Shown: positions 45,329 to 56,363 of the stretch, in pieces | Numbering within the stretch: position 1 is the first letter of the stretch | How the letters are laid out: the number at the start of each line of letters is the position of its first letter | Assembly (NCBI GenBank): GCA_918797485.1 | Contig: CAKKNE010000001.1 | Span: 1-64,000, forward strand | DNA: 64,000 nucleotides | Source: Pelagomonas calceolata | Taxonomy: Eukaryota | Direction: 5' to 3' | Made by a program: the position numbers and the translations under genes | Notes under the pieces: model-generated | Database searches by the model: none | What the model was told of the DNA's origin: nothing | Seen by the model: the letters and a program-made list of their open reading frames with translations, nothing else

Positions 45329-47506
45329 TCACAGAGTAAACGTCGGCGCCTGCGCCCCTCGACCCGCGGCCTCGAAGGGCAGTCTGACCAGAGGCGAGTC
45401 GAACGCGTCGCGCTTGCGCTCCTCGACCAGCCACGCTATACACGACTCCACGGAGCTCCGGGACTGCGCATAGATTTGTGAACATGCGTCCCGGTCCGAC
45501 GCGTCCACGTCACTGGTAGAAATCGGCTCGCCGAAGCGAAAATAAAACCGCCGCGGGTTCGTGGGCACGGCCAGCGGAAAGCGGAAGTCCTCCGTGCGGT
45601 TCGCCCAGCGCCGCGCCGACGGAATGTTCGGCTGCTCGCCGGTTTTGTCGCGCAGAAAGGTCACGGAGTCCGCCGCGCCCACCGCCCCAAAGGGCACGAT
45701 CAGCGCGTCAAACTTGGCCGCCGCCCGCACGAAGTCCGTCTCCTCGGGCCAGAACAACTTGTTGTTCTCACCCTTGCCATGATTTGATTCTCTGACACCG
45801 CCCGGGAACAACAACACGCACTCGTCGCGCTGCAGTAAGCGTATGAAATTCCGCGGCGTCACTTCCACGGCCCCGAACTTCTGGAAGAAGGACTCGTCGC
45901 CTGTGTGTAAATCAACCAGTGAGTTAGGTATTGCCATCGAACCGACGCAGTCACCGCGACTAACTCGCGTCCATGGCCTAAAAACTCCACGCCATCGAGC
46001 TGATGCACTTACAGGGACGAAGTTGCGTCGATGGCGTGGGGCGCCCGAAATTTGATTTCCACACAGCTCGTTGCCCTGGCCCGTAAACGAGTCGCGGCGT
46101 CTCCCGTCGTTCCACCAATTGGGCGACGGCCGCGGCCCCTGTTGTTGGTTACCGTCTATTAGGGAAGGCGCGTTCGTCGCCACCGGGTGCGCCAATCCCC
46201 TTATGAGTAGGTCGCGGTCCCGCAAAAATTCGTCCACCAGTATGGAGAGATCAGCACCAAACAACTGGTGGTTGCCCACGAGCAGGACCGGTCGTCCCTG
46301 TTGGGGCGAGGGCACGCCTCGTAACCCTTCGACCACTCTCCCTTCAACGGTCGAGAAGAACTTCGGCGACACGAGCCGCCTCAAGGGGTCCACGACGCTG
46401 TCGCGCGTTTCTTTGATCTGCGTCGCGTTGGGCCTCACGAAGTCGTCGACTGCTCTTTGCGCTTTCTTAAGCTTGCGCGCGCGGATCTCGGCCCCATAGA
46501 GTGCTTTGGAGCTTCTCAAACACTGACCGAAGTCGAGGCGCTGCGGGTCTACAAGGACCGCGTGGCCGCCGCCCCGCAAGGTGATGGCTTCCGCATCGAG
46601 TTCCTTCTTCAGTCGTTGCGCTTCGTCCTTGGATGGTAGAAACCGATCATCTTCCCCACAGATGACCAAGAACTTGGTCGAGCGCCCCTTTCTTCTGAGG
46701 CGCCACAACCTTTCATTCGTCTTGGCACAACCACCATCGAGCCAATTTTCTACTCGATGCTTCAGCGTTTCCGGAGGGACCAAGTCAGCCAAAGCCTGGG
46801 CGCCATTGACAGCTCTTTCTAGTCCCGAGAAATCGAGCGTCGAGAACTCTTGCAGAGACTTCGAGACCATGGACCCGTCCGACGCTAGTAAACCGACGGC
46901 GGCGCCGATCGCGCCCGCGTAGGCGACGCCTTCTGCCGAGGACACTAATCTACCGCCGAGGGGCCAGGGCGTCCTATCATAAGAGGTGGCCGGGTTGACT
47001 AGTACGACGCCTCTTAGTTTGTCTATTTGTCTGGAGTCGCTCAGCTTCAGCGCGGCCGCGGTGGCGATGAGTCCGCCCATCGACTCGCCCGCCAGGATAC
47101 CGCCCTTGTCTCGCACGAATTGTGACACCGCTTCCACCACTTCATCAAACGAACTCCGATCCTCCCCGTCGACCCAGCAGTACCACGGGTCGTAGGCATT
47201 CTCAATTAAGTTCGGGAGCTGCGCCGCGACGGAGATACCTCTAAATTCGATGCCCGGGACGTAGAGCAGCGGCTCCCTTTCTACATCGTCGTCGGCGTCG
47301 AGGACGCGCGTGAAGCGCACGTTGCCTATTTTTAAGGTGGCTTCCCTTTGTAGTATCGCCTCGGCGCTGTCGAACATCTCGGTCGTCGTCGTCGACGTCG
47401 CTCCGAGGCGGTGCAGCGCCGCGTGGCGCTCCAATGCCGCGTGACGGCGTGGTGCGGTGAATGCAGTGCATGAGCTGACGAGGAGCAGCAGCCATTTGTG
47501 CGCCAT
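45329..47506 (-). CDS. Phytyl ester synthase / esterase-lipase-thioesterase-like protein (alpha/beta hydrolase + acyltransferase), plastid-targeted; introner 45901-46074
   Basis: GESMGG, LVNPATS, LLVGNHQLFG.D, RGLAHP and LLFPGGVRE. Signal peptide with CTA-FT. Confidence 0.88.
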   Translation of the reverse strand: MAHKWLLLLVSSCTAFTAPRRHAALERHAALHRLGATSTTTTEMFDSAEAILQREATLKIGNVRFTRVLDADDDVEREPLLYVPGIEFRGISVAAQLPNLIENAYDPWYCWVDGEDRSSFDEVVEAVSQFVRDKGGILAGESMGGLIATAAALKLSDSRQIDKLRGVVLVNPATSYDRTPWPLGGRLVSSAEGVAYAGAIGAAVGLLASDGSMVSKSLQEFSTLDFSGLERAVNGAQALADLVPPETLKHRVENWLDGGCAKTNERLWRLRRKGRSTKFLVICGEDDRFLPSKDEAQRLKKELDAEAITLRGGGHAVLVDPQRLDFGQCLRSSKALYGAEIRARKLKKAQRAVDDFVRPNATQIKETRDSVVDPLRRLVSPKFFSTVEGRVVEGLRGVPSPQQGRPVLLVGNHQLFGADLSILVDEFLRDRDLLIRGLAHPVATNAPSLIDGNQQQGPRPSPNWWNDGRRRDSFTGQGNELCGNQISGAPRHRRNFVPVSASARWRGVFRPWTRVSRGDCVGSMAIPNSLVDLHTGDESFFQKFGAVEVTPRNFIRLLQRDECVLLFPGGVRESNHGKGENNKLFWPEETDFVRAAAKFDALIVPFGAVGAADSVTFLRDKTGEQPNIPSARRWANRTEDFRFPLAVPTNPRRFYFRFGEPISTSDVDASDRDACSQIYAQSRSSVESCIAWLVEERKRDAFDSPLVRLPFEAAGRGAQAPTFTL
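45901..46074 (-). mobile_element. Introner element intron (174 nt, GC-AG, in frame)
   Basis: TIR CTGTGTGTAAATCAA / TTGATTTCCACACAG. TSD CTCGTCGC (45893-45900) / CTCGTTGC (46067-46074). Confidence 0.92.
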
Positions 47507-47685
47507 TGCTCAAATTGTGGGCTGAGGTGTTTTGGCTATGCAGGTTTTTTGGGGCTAGCTTGGCCGCACTGCTCTCAAGAATGCAAGCAAAGCGTCTTTT
47601 GGAGCACCTGTGCGCGCCACGCGTTGCAAATTACAGCGGTAACACGCCAAAACACGCCAATGCCAGCTTTAACAAAAAGCATCGC

Positions 47686-47709
47686 GCTAGCGGCCAGTAA
47701 GACACTAGC
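47686..47709 (-). promoter_or_regulatory. Conserved upstream palindrome, copy 7 (reverse; fused to the 5' end of copy B)
   Basis: Reverse complement is GCTAGTGTCTTACTGGCCGCTAGC. Confidence 0.7.
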
Positions 47710-48597
47710 GGCGCGAACCGGGAGGGCCTGGTGATCCAGTTATGCACCGAGGGGCTCGGTGGAGAGCAGGTGCAGAAAGTCTGGGATTCTTTAACTGACG
47801 CGGACGGGGGCGACCTCGAAGGGAGCATAGTCCCGGACATCGCCATCGAGAACGTCCTCTACGACGTCAAAACCGTCGCGGCGACGACCGAGCATTACGC
47901 GCCGGGCCATATCGAGGCCTACATGAGGGCGGAGCACAAGCGCGGTAATGCGCCGGTTGATAGACGCGCCCGTCTCGTGAACGGGCAGTACCTGAAAAAG
48001 GCCCACAAGCTGGATATGAAGTACAACTCGGTCGGGGGCGTCGAGTGCGGTCCGATGGAGAACGCCATCCGGAGCCGCGGCGAGGTTTGTGGTCTCGCGT
48101 TCGGCAGCGCCGGCGAGGCGTCCGCGGACGTCCATCGCCTCGCACGCGTCTGCGCCGACGAGATCGCCGGCAAGCAGTTCCGAAAGGGCCTGATCGACGC
48201 TGATTCGGTCGAGGACGCGGCGGCCATGATTCAGGCCCAGATCTACCGGGAGTGGGGCGTGGCGATTGTCAAGGGTCGGGCCGAGTGTCTACTGGCTTTG
48301 TTGGAATGTACGGTACCGAACGCGTCGCCGCGGTCCAAGGTCGCCTGCGGGAAGTCGCGGGACAAGTTGATTGAACGGGCGAACGTTGCACATTGTTCGG
48401 GGGGGTTTGCCGAGGCGGTTCAGCTTAGAAGGAGGTACGCTGCTATGAAAGAAGCGGCCCGCGCCCGCCGCCGATGAATCGGCGACGCGCGGTGTCTCCC
48501 CCCCAGGGGCTCCGCCCACTAGTCCTAGCACCGTAACATCGACTCTCGCAGGGAGGGGTACGGGGGACCCTGCGACGTAACTAGCCTGAGCCTGAGC
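47710..48597 (+). mobile_element. Copy B: 5'-truncated CRE-like non-LTR retrotransposon (restriction-like endonuclease domain, 3' UTR and (CTGAGC)n tail)
   Basis: ORF to 48477 with VPD..YDVK (PD-D/ExK), VDRRA..Y.KKA..D..Y, GP.E and GL.FG..GEAS..VH.L. Its 3' region is repeated at three other sites. Confidence 0.75.
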
Positions 48598-48719
48598 GAA
48601 CTGCTCGATCGAACTGCTCGCACGGGTCTGTGCGCCGCAGAAACGCCAAACACCGCGAACGCCGCCGCAGTGATTGAAAGAAAGCCTATACTTAGCGCGC
48701 CCGCCCCCATCAAAACGAA

Positions 48720-49304
48720 TCAGCCGCGCGCGAGCGTCGCGGAGCTGATATGTCCGCGGTCCGCGGGGTTGATGATGAGGTCGTTGTTCGGCAGCCAGAC
48801 GCGCTGGCACCGCGTGTCGAGGCCGGGCTCGTCGTGGATCATGTAGACCTCGCCGATCATGCCCGTGGCACTTCTCCCACGGTCGACCTTCCGCTTGGCG
48901 CCGGCGGGCCGGTCCGGCACGGCAGGCTCGCCATTGAAGCGGCCGAACGTATCTCCAAAGGTCGTGGAGTACTGGCCCACCGGCCTTTCGGGGGCGGGTG
49001 CTCTCCAGGTGAACCCAGTGCCATCTCCAGGGTTGACACTGAGCGCCATCGCTTCAAAAACATTCCCTTTCTGGGACATGTTAAACGTCGAGTCCGTGCC
49101 TCGGATGCCGCGGCGCTGCATCCTTGCTGCTCTCGTCATGGCGGCGTCCTTCGGCGGGGACTTGGACGGCACGGGGAACGCGTCGCCCGAAGTGGTGTTG
49201 TACGAGCGGTAGCCGTAGTCCACGAGCACGCCTTCCAGGGGCTCAGCTCTATCCTCGGACCAATTGCCGACCATTACGCGGGGGTCGCGGTAGACGTTGG
49301 TCAT
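48720..49304 (-). CDS. Probable ciliary microtubule-inner protein (NWE motif; CFAP95/CFAP107-like)
   Basis: N-terminal VMVGNWSEDR..Y.TT..D.F pattern. Confidence 0.5.
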   Translation of the reverse strand: MTNVYRDPRVMVGNWSEDRAEPLEGVLVDYGYRSYNTTSGDAFPVPSKSPPKDAAMTRAARMQRRGIRGTDSTFNMSQKGNVFEAMALSVNPGDGTGFTWRAPAPERPVGQYSTTFGDTFGRFNGEPAVPDRPAGAKRKVDRGRSATGMIGEVYMIHDEPGLDTRCQRVWLPNNDLIINPADRGHISSATLARG

Positions 49305-49680
49305 GGTGGTACGCGGTGCTGTTCTAGCGCTGGGGCAGCTTGTATGGGTCTTGGGGCAGCGACGGCGGGCCGGCGCGGCGGAGATTGCGAGAGGCGCTGC
49401 GAGTTACTAGGATACCTATTGTTTGAAAAGCTACTAGCATTCCGACGGGCGGAGCCTTGCTCGAGCCGTCGGCCGGGCCTTGCGGCGCCGGGACGCCGTC
49501 GACGCGTCCGCCGTCGCGCGGGGCGATTCGACGGCTAGCGGCGGCGGCGGCCGGCGACGGGCCGGACGCCACCGCGCAATCTGCTCCACCGAGCGCCCGA
49601 ACCCGCGCATTGGCCGGCGGCGCCGCGCAGTCGGGCGCCAAATCACCAGCCACCCCTTACGCCGGCGGGAGGTGCGCGGC

Positions 49681-50805
49681 CTAGTCCTCCTTGTCGTCGT
49701 CCTTGGCCGAGTCCTTGGACGCGGACCGGTCGCGGCGCCTACGACCGCGGGACCGCGACCGCGACCGGTCGCGGTGGCGGTCCGGGTCCGCACCGTGGCC
49801 GCCGCCCCCGAAGCCCGGCTCCGGTCTTCTGAAAGACGGGTCGTCGTAGGCCGAGGGCCGCGGGCCGTGGCGGCCGTCGGCGCTCGACCACGTCCGGTTG
49901 AGGTCGTCAATACGAATACCTTCTCGTTGGAGCTCGCTGCGGATGTCGTCGGCCACTCTATAATCCTTGGCGACGCGGGCTTTCTCTCTTTCTATCAAGC
50001 GCGCGCGGATGTCGTGGTCGCTGAGGCCGCGGCCGCCTCCGCCTCCGCCGCCGTAGCCCCCTCCATAGCCCTGCGGCGGGCCCCCGCCGTAGCCACCACC
50101 GTAACCTCCGCCGCCGTAGCCTCCATAGCCCCCCTGGGGCGGCCCGCCACCATATCCACCTCCATAGCCGCCTCCATAGCCGCCGCCGCCGCCGCCCCAG
50201 CCCGGGCCGCCGTAGCCGCCTCCACCATAACCGCCACCGTAGCCGCCGCCGCCGTGACCACCACCGCCGAAGCCCGCACCCCCGCGATTGCCCTCGCGGT
50301 CGTACCGGACCACTAAAGGCCGCCCGTCCCCGCTCCCGATGTTCTTGTTGTGGAACTCGTCGATCGCCTTCTCCGCCTCCTTCGGATCGCTAAATTCCAC
50401 AACTCCAAAGCCGCGGCTCCGACCTGTGCGGCCGTCCATCTTCACGATGCTATCGACGATCGTTCCGCAGCTCTTGAACGTGTCCGCGAGCTGCTCGGTG
50501 GTCATCTCGTAAGGTAAGTTTCCTACATATAATCGGGCCGCGCCGCCGAAGGCCCGCGTCGGGTTGCCGGACGGCTGGTTCTCAGCTCGGCCGCGGGACC
50601 GGCTTCGAGAACGAGAGCGGCGTCTTCTCGACGAGCGCTTCCTGCTTCTTGACCGGCTGCGGTCCTTCTTGCGGCGCGAGCGGCTGCGGCTCCTGCTGCG
50701 CGAGCGGCTCTTGCTGCCGTCGTCGGCCTTCTCGGCGCTCTTGGAGCGCGACCGGCTCTTGCTCTTCGAGACCGACGAGGCGTCGGAGTCGTCGTCCCGG
50801 GCCAT
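49681..50805 (-). CDS. RS/Gly-rich RRM RNA-binding protein with a CysRS C-terminal-like helical module
   Basis: LYVGNL (RNP2), RGFGVVEF (RNP1), RS repeats, GGGY repeats and REKARVAKDYRVADDIRSEL. Confidence 0.85.
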   Translation of the reverse strand: MARDDDSDASSVSKSKSRSRSKSAEKADDGSKSRSRSRSRSRSRRKKDRSRSRSRKRSSRRRRSRSRSRSRGRAENQPSGNPTRAFGGAARLYVGNLPYEMTTEQLADTFKSCGTIVDSIVKMDGRTGRSRGFGVVEFSDPKEAEKAIDEFHNKNIGSGDGRPLVVRYDREGNRGGAGFGGGGHGGGGYGGGYGGGGYGGPGWGGGGGGYGGGYGGGYGGGPPQGGYGGYGGGGYGGGYGGGPPQGYGGGYGGGGGGGRGLSDHDIRARLIEREKARVAKDYRVADDIRSELQREGIRIDDLNRTWSSADGRHGPRPSAYDDPSFRRPEPGFGGGGHGADPDRHRDRSRSRSRGRRRRDRSASKDSAKDDDKED

Positions 50806-51068
50806 TTTTTGCTTGGTGTGTCGCGGCGCCGGCGTAGAGCTGTGTAGAGCTGTGCCTGTTAAGGAGCTGGATATGTCTGCTGCTACGGCACGCGCGGTTG
50901 TGACGACGTGTGAGCAGTAAGATCTGGATCCACCGCCAGTGCTCTGTGAATGTGTGAGTCGCTGCTTGCTCACACGTGGAGCAATGGCGCTCGCGATAGA
51001 GGCCCGCGAAGATGTGAAACCAGCGCAACAGAGGTACTAGAAAAAATGTCCCAGCCTTGTTCCGGACC

Positions 51069-51169
51069 GGCGCTGTTCTGCATAGAAGGAGGTGTGCTGT
51101 TATGAAAAATCGCGGCACGCGCCCGCCGCCGATGAATCGCGACGCGCGGCTAGTCCTAGCACCGTAACA
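51069..51169 (+). mobile_element. Copy D: degenerate CRE-like 3' end with a 26-bp internal deletion
   Basis: TAGAAGGAGGT..TATGAAA..CGCCCGCCGCCGATGAATC.CGACGCGCGG|CTAGTCCTAGCACCGTAACA aligns to 48414-48538, lacking 48493-48518. Confidence 0.85.
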
Positions 51170-51188
51170 ATAAGACAACAAATGCAAC

Positions 51189-54100
51189 TTACCCGCCTAC
51201 GGGCCGCCTCCGCGCCGCCGGCTTCCTTTTCCCCATGTTTCTTCTTCTTCTCCATGGCCGCCTTCTTGATGCTCCCAGATCGTTCTTCCTCCGCCTCCCG
51301 AGCGGGCGCGCGGTCGATCGCGATCCACACGGCTCGCATTCGTTCTCCGTCATCATGCAGCACTCATACGCCTCGCGCGCCGCAGCGCCCTCCTTCTCCT
51401 GGCGTTCGAGTTCAGCGGCCTTCGCGGCAGCTTCCTCCTCCGCGTCTTTACGCTCTTCAATAATTTCCAAATCATACCTAGCTTTCCGCCAAGCAAGTTC
51501 GGCCGTCGACCGATCAATTAGTGCTTTATTATAAGCGACAACCGCATCTTCATCATTTCGACGGTCGATCTCCGCCTTTTCTATAGCATCATGTTCTGCT
51601 TTCCGCCGAGCCAGCCACCGTCGTCGCTTCGACCGACCCTCGACATCCAGGGCCTTGATCTCATGTCTACGTCGATAACATAACCCTTCCGCCGTTTGTA
51701 AATAACATCTATCGTTCTCCGGAAGGTCGCACTTCATGAGTCGTATCGATTGCACGCCCCGGTCGCATTCCCTCCGCAACTCGACTAGATCCAATGGTTG
51801 TAGTGCTTTGTTGACATCTCTATGTAAGTTATCTAAGTCGAACTCCTTCAAAGGCCACAGGTCAGCTCGTTTCAGCTCGATGCGCCAGGCTTTTTGGCAG
51901 TCTCGACTAGCCTGGGGGAACTGTCCTAATGATAATCGTGCTCGGGCCCGCAACGCTAGGGAAGGCGCGTGGTCCTTCCTCGCTAACAACGCTTGGTTCA
52001 GGTCTTCCACAGCCTTGCGCGCGTCGCCTCGCCTGAGGGAAGCGGAACCGCGCGCGTGCAGGATCTCGACGGCTACATTCCTAGGTTCTTGGAAGGCCAT
52101 GTTGTCCTCACCTTGTATATCGCCGTCTTCTCTCCGTAGCTCGACATCGATCTTTACGGCCTCGTCCAAAGCTAACTGCGCCTTGATCAAGTCGGCGTCG
52201 ATCGCCGCGTCGAGCTTGCCGGGCGACTTGTGCGACAAATTGCTTCCGAGGGACGGTGCCAATCGACCCGGAGATCTGGAGTTGAGGGCTCGTCGCGATA
52301 GCCTCAAGCCTGACGTATCCGTCGCCACGGTGCTATCCATGAGCGACGGGTCCTGTAGGGATGATTGCGCCAATGTCGCATCGACGGAATCCTCAGGAAA
52401 GATCCCCATCTGCATCGCTTTCCTTTCAGCTAGTTTACGAGCTGCTTCGATCTTGTCCTCCTCGTCCTGTCTGCGTTTCCTTTCCGCGTCAGCCACTAAT
52501 TTTCTCGCTCGCGCTCGCGCCACATAGGCTGCGCCCAGATGGAAATGGTGCGAGAAGTTCGCTGTATCTGGTTCATCTACAAGTAGTCTAGCATGCTTCT
52601 CCGCCGCTCTACTGAGAGGTTCCACCGCATCGAGGGGCTCGCCGCGCTCGAGCCGCTCCGTCCCTCGCGACGAGCCTTGCAAGACCATCAACCTCCTCGC
52701 CTTTCTCGCGTCCCTAGAAGGGTCCTCTTCATCTAATTCAATAGGCTCGTCGAACTCCGCGGCCCCGACGTGTATCGACTGGGCTCTATCCCTCAACAGA
52801 TAGAACGGCTCGAGGGCATCTTCGGGCCTCGCACAACACGGGTTGTGCGAGAAGGTCAAGGAGCGTAGTTGCGGCAAGTCAGCCAACTCTTCCGGCAGCT
52901 GGTCCATCTCGTTGAAGTCCAAAGCAAGCACCTCCAACGACTGGACGCTGTCTAACCGGCCGGCTTCCACGCCCTTGGTCGTGAGGAGGTTGTGGTCTAT
53001 GCGTACCGTGAACAATTCCCCACAGCCCTTAAAACAGTTCTGCGGTAGGAGCGTGAGTTGATTGTGCGAATAATTTAAAGATTGCAGCTTGTTCAGCCTG
53101 CCCAACCGCTGCGGGAAGTTCACCAAACGATTGTGCGACAGATCCAAGGATGTGAGCGACACGAGCGACTCGATGGCCTTCTCGTCGATGGTCTCGAACA
53201 GATTGTAACTAAGATCTAACGTTTTCAATCTAAACATGGTCGCGAAGCCTTTCGGCGTGGAGATGAGTTTGTTGTGTCTCAGCGAGAGTAGTTCTAGCAG
53301 GCGGCACTGCGTCACGCCCTTGTCTAGAGTTTCTAACGCGTTGTTTTCTAAGTACACTGACTTAACTTGGCGCATGTCCCCTATTCGCATACTGGTCGAA
53401 GTGATGGCGTTGTTTCTTACGGAGATGCTTTCCAGCTTCTTCGCTAGACCGACGGCGAAGCCATCGCTCAATGCTTCGAGCTTATTGTCGTCTAGTAAAA
53501 AGGACGTGCAGTTCATTAGATCAAGTGTCTGTGGCAATTCTATCAATAAATTGTTTCGACAATCCACACTTTCTAACGCCGTCATCTTCGCCAGATCATC
53601 CGGTAGCTTCTCGAGCTGGTTATGAGAAACGTCCAACGACGCCAGACTCTCGAGCTTACCCCAGTCGCATCCGTTCAAGTCGGGCTCGCCGATGCCTTCT
53701 TGCTTGTCCTGGTCGGCGCTCTGCGCGATCTTGCAGGGGGCCATGACTTTTAGTTGGTTATGCGAGACCTGCGCGGGACGCGTGGGCGCTCGTGCGGCGG
53801 CGTCGACGGCGTCACGTTCAAATTTGTTTCAAACGCCGGCGTCGCTGACATTCAACGAAGCTAATTGTTAGTTGGTCCAATTGGTTCGGCCACTTGGTCA
53901 GTTGATTTTTGGACACATCTAAATGGGTCAGTGCCGAAAGCATGCCGGGTCCCACGGCCCAGACCCGCGTTTGCTGGAGGAGTTCGAGGTCGCCGACCTG
54001 CACCGGTAATTCCCTGAACTGATTTTGTGACAGGTCCCAGTACTGGAGTTGTTCGAGTCGGTAGACATTGCCCGGGAACCAGCCTATTCTATTGCGCGCA

Positions 54101-54978
54101 CAGGCGAACCACGTGAGTTCTTCCAGTTCCTCCAGCTCTTTGGGTAATGATCTCAATTGGTTGCCCGACACATCAAGCTTTTCTAGGGAAGCTAGACCGC
54201 CGATGTCCGGCACGAGGCGCGTGATGCTGTTGTCCGACACATCTAAATGGGTCAAGGTCTCAATAGCCAAAGCGCGAAACGAGATGCGAGCCATTTTCAG
54301 TCCAGAGAGGTCCAGAGTATCGGTCTCGGGCGTATCCTCAGCTTTATCTATTCTCTTCTGGGCCTCGCTCCGGGGGTACTCGCGGGGCATCAACCCCAGG
54401 TCGTCTGATGACATCGATCTTGTTCTTCTTCTAGTAGAACCACTACCAATCGATTCCCGTTCACTATCGTCGTCCGACTCGAGCTCGACGACGGCCGTCT
54501 CGGCCAAGATCCGGCCGTCGCTAGACACTAACCGTTGCGTGCCCGGCTCGATGTCCTGCGATCCCAGTAGTAGAGGCTTCGTCCAGGACGTCTGGCCCGT
54601 TTGGGCATTATAGTAGTAGTAATTTTGACTATGTTCATCGTAGACCTTGGAGACGACACTTGCAACCAATCTTCGCACGGTCCTCAGGAATTTGAGTCGT
54701 CGCCAGGCGCACTGCATGTAAATAGCCGCTTGCTCGTCCGTGAACGTCGGAGCCACGTCGCCGAGGTCCCGCCACAGCAAAGGCGCGGGCCGCTTCCAGC
54801 TGGCTTCATCGGTCACCGTATTGTAGTAGTAGTAGATCTGCTGGACGGGGTCGAAGATCTTCTCCCAGACCGCCTTGAGTTCTAGGTAGGTGCGCTCCCT
54901 CACTAGACTGCGGCGCCACAAGCTCTGGATCTTCAGGACGGCGGCGTTGCCGACGGCGTAGTTGATCTCGTCGGCCAT
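51189..54978 (-). CDS. WW/IQ + leucine-rich repeat + TPR protein; intron with acceptor at 53769
   Basis: YYYYN..T..SW..P twice, IQSLWR, many LxxLDLSxN repeats and a TPR-like C-terminus. Confidence 0.85.
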
Positions 54979-55153
54979 GGCTGCGGCTTGTTTACGTTGC
55001 CATCGTCGGTTCACGCTGCGGGGCAGCCTCTTTTTGGCCGCAGCGGCGGCGCTTCGGGCTGCCTTGCGCCTAGTGTGTCTCACTATAGGTCCTCAGGCTT
55101 GCGGAGGCGTCGGGCGCGAGGACTGCGTGCCTCGGACGTATGCGGATTTGCTC

Positions 55154-55177
55154 GCTAGTGTCTTACAGGCCGCTAGC
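55154..55177 (+). promoter_or_regulatory. Conserved upstream palindrome, copy 8 (consensus)
   Basis: GCTAGTGTCTTACAGGCCGCTAGC, midway between divergent ATGs at 54978 and 55329. Confidence 0.7.
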
Positions 55178-55328
55178 CATCTAGCCATTGGGTCTTGCAA
55201 AAAAGGAGAGGCAATTATAGCTCGCTGATCGAACCATTGCTGTAGCTAAGCGCTGCAAAAGAACACCTGCAAAGGCATCTTCGCAGCGCCGCGGCTCATA
55301 CTCTGAAACGCATTCATGCGAGAGTGCA

Positions 55329-56285
55329 ATGGCTGACCCGGGTGGCCTCAATCACTCACTTGCCAGGCTCAAGCTCTCGCTCGGCGGCAACGGCTTCGAG
55401 GACGCGTTGGCCGCGTTCGTGGCGAAGGCGCGCAATGCAAACGAGCGGTGCGCGGAGCCGCCTCTTCTTAGCGAGTTGCCAGACGACGTGCTGATCCAGC
55501 TCCTTGCCACCGCGCCGCCGGAAGCTATTGCAGCGCTAGCATGCGTTGCCAAGCGCTACGCGGATGTGTGCGAGCGCGCGGGCTGGGCGTGCGCCGCGCG
55601 ACGGTTCGGCCGCCGCACGAATGCGCCCTTCGGCGGCGGCGGCGCGCACTGGACCGCCCTCGCCTGGGTACCACGCGACGCTACCCGCCGCCCGTTTGAC
55701 GAAGACGCTTTCTCATTTGGTCTGGGCGCGCTGCCACCACACGATCTTGCCGATGCGTTCTTCTGGGCAGAGTTTTTCCCCTGGCACGATGCACCTGATA
55801 ACAGGTGGAATGAATGCCTGGCGCTGGAAGCGACGCTCTGCCATGGGCGCGTCGTGCGCGATCCTGACGGCGTCCTCGACGATCGTGCGGTCGGGCCCGA
55901 AGTTGTTCTCACTGGCTCCCTAAGGGGTGAGCAGCGGGCTAGGCGTATGGCCAATGCAAGCGCCGTCCGTATCATGGGCGTGCTCCGGTCGCGCGTGGTC
56001 GTCCTCTACGCGTGGGACTCGCCAGATTATGGTCATGAGAAGGCCGAGGGCGAGTGGCCCGAGAGCTGGGACGCCGAAGATTGGGACGAAACCGTCGCGG
56101 CCGTCCAGATCCAGACCCCATATCCCTGCATTTGGGATAACAATGACCCCGATCGGGTGATCACTCTGCACGCGACGTACGGCATGGACGTCTCCTCGCC
56201 CCACGCCCCGAATGCTCTCTTTCGATCAGAGGGGATTCCCGGTTCCAGCAGAGCGCCGAGTTTACTCGGCGACAAGTTCTATTGA
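55329..56285 (+). CDS. F-box-like protein
   Basis: LLSELPDDVLIQLL..IAALACVAKRY. Confidence 0.6.
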   Translation: MADPGGLNHSLARLKLSLGGNGFEDALAAFVAKARNANERCAEPPLLSELPDDVLIQLLATAPPEAIAALACVAKRYADVCERAGWACAARRFGRRTNAPFGGGGAHWTALAWVPRDATRRPFDEDAFSFGLGALPPHDLADAFFWAEFFPWHDAPDNRWNECLALEATLCHGRVVRDPDGVLDDRAVGPEVVLTGSLRGEQRARRMANASAVRIMGVLRSRVVVLYAWDSPDYGHEKAEGEWPESWDAEDWDETVAAVQIQTPYPCIWDNNDPDRVITLHATYGMDVSSPHAPNALFRSEGIPGSSRAPSLLGDKFY

Positions 56286-56363
56286 TAGAGGATATCGCAA
56301 TCGCACCTTTTCTCTTAGCGGTGACCTGTCGATCCGGCTCAAGGTCCCGATGCAGGTGTGGGG

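Noticed and set aside
48470..48545. Hammerhead ribozyme in the element 3' UTR
   Set aside because: CCGATGA differs from the CTGANGA core and there is no correctly placed GAAA.
47710..48597. Helitron as the primary identity of the repeat family
   Set aside because: There is no HUH or helicase ORF. TSDs of 13 and 24 bp, 5' truncation and a PD-(D/E)xK ORF favour a non-LTR element. Kept only as an alternative for the hairpin-CTAG ends.
50020..50280. (GCC)n-rich repeats
   Set aside because: Ordinary low-complexity coding sequence for a Gly/Tyr-rich linker.
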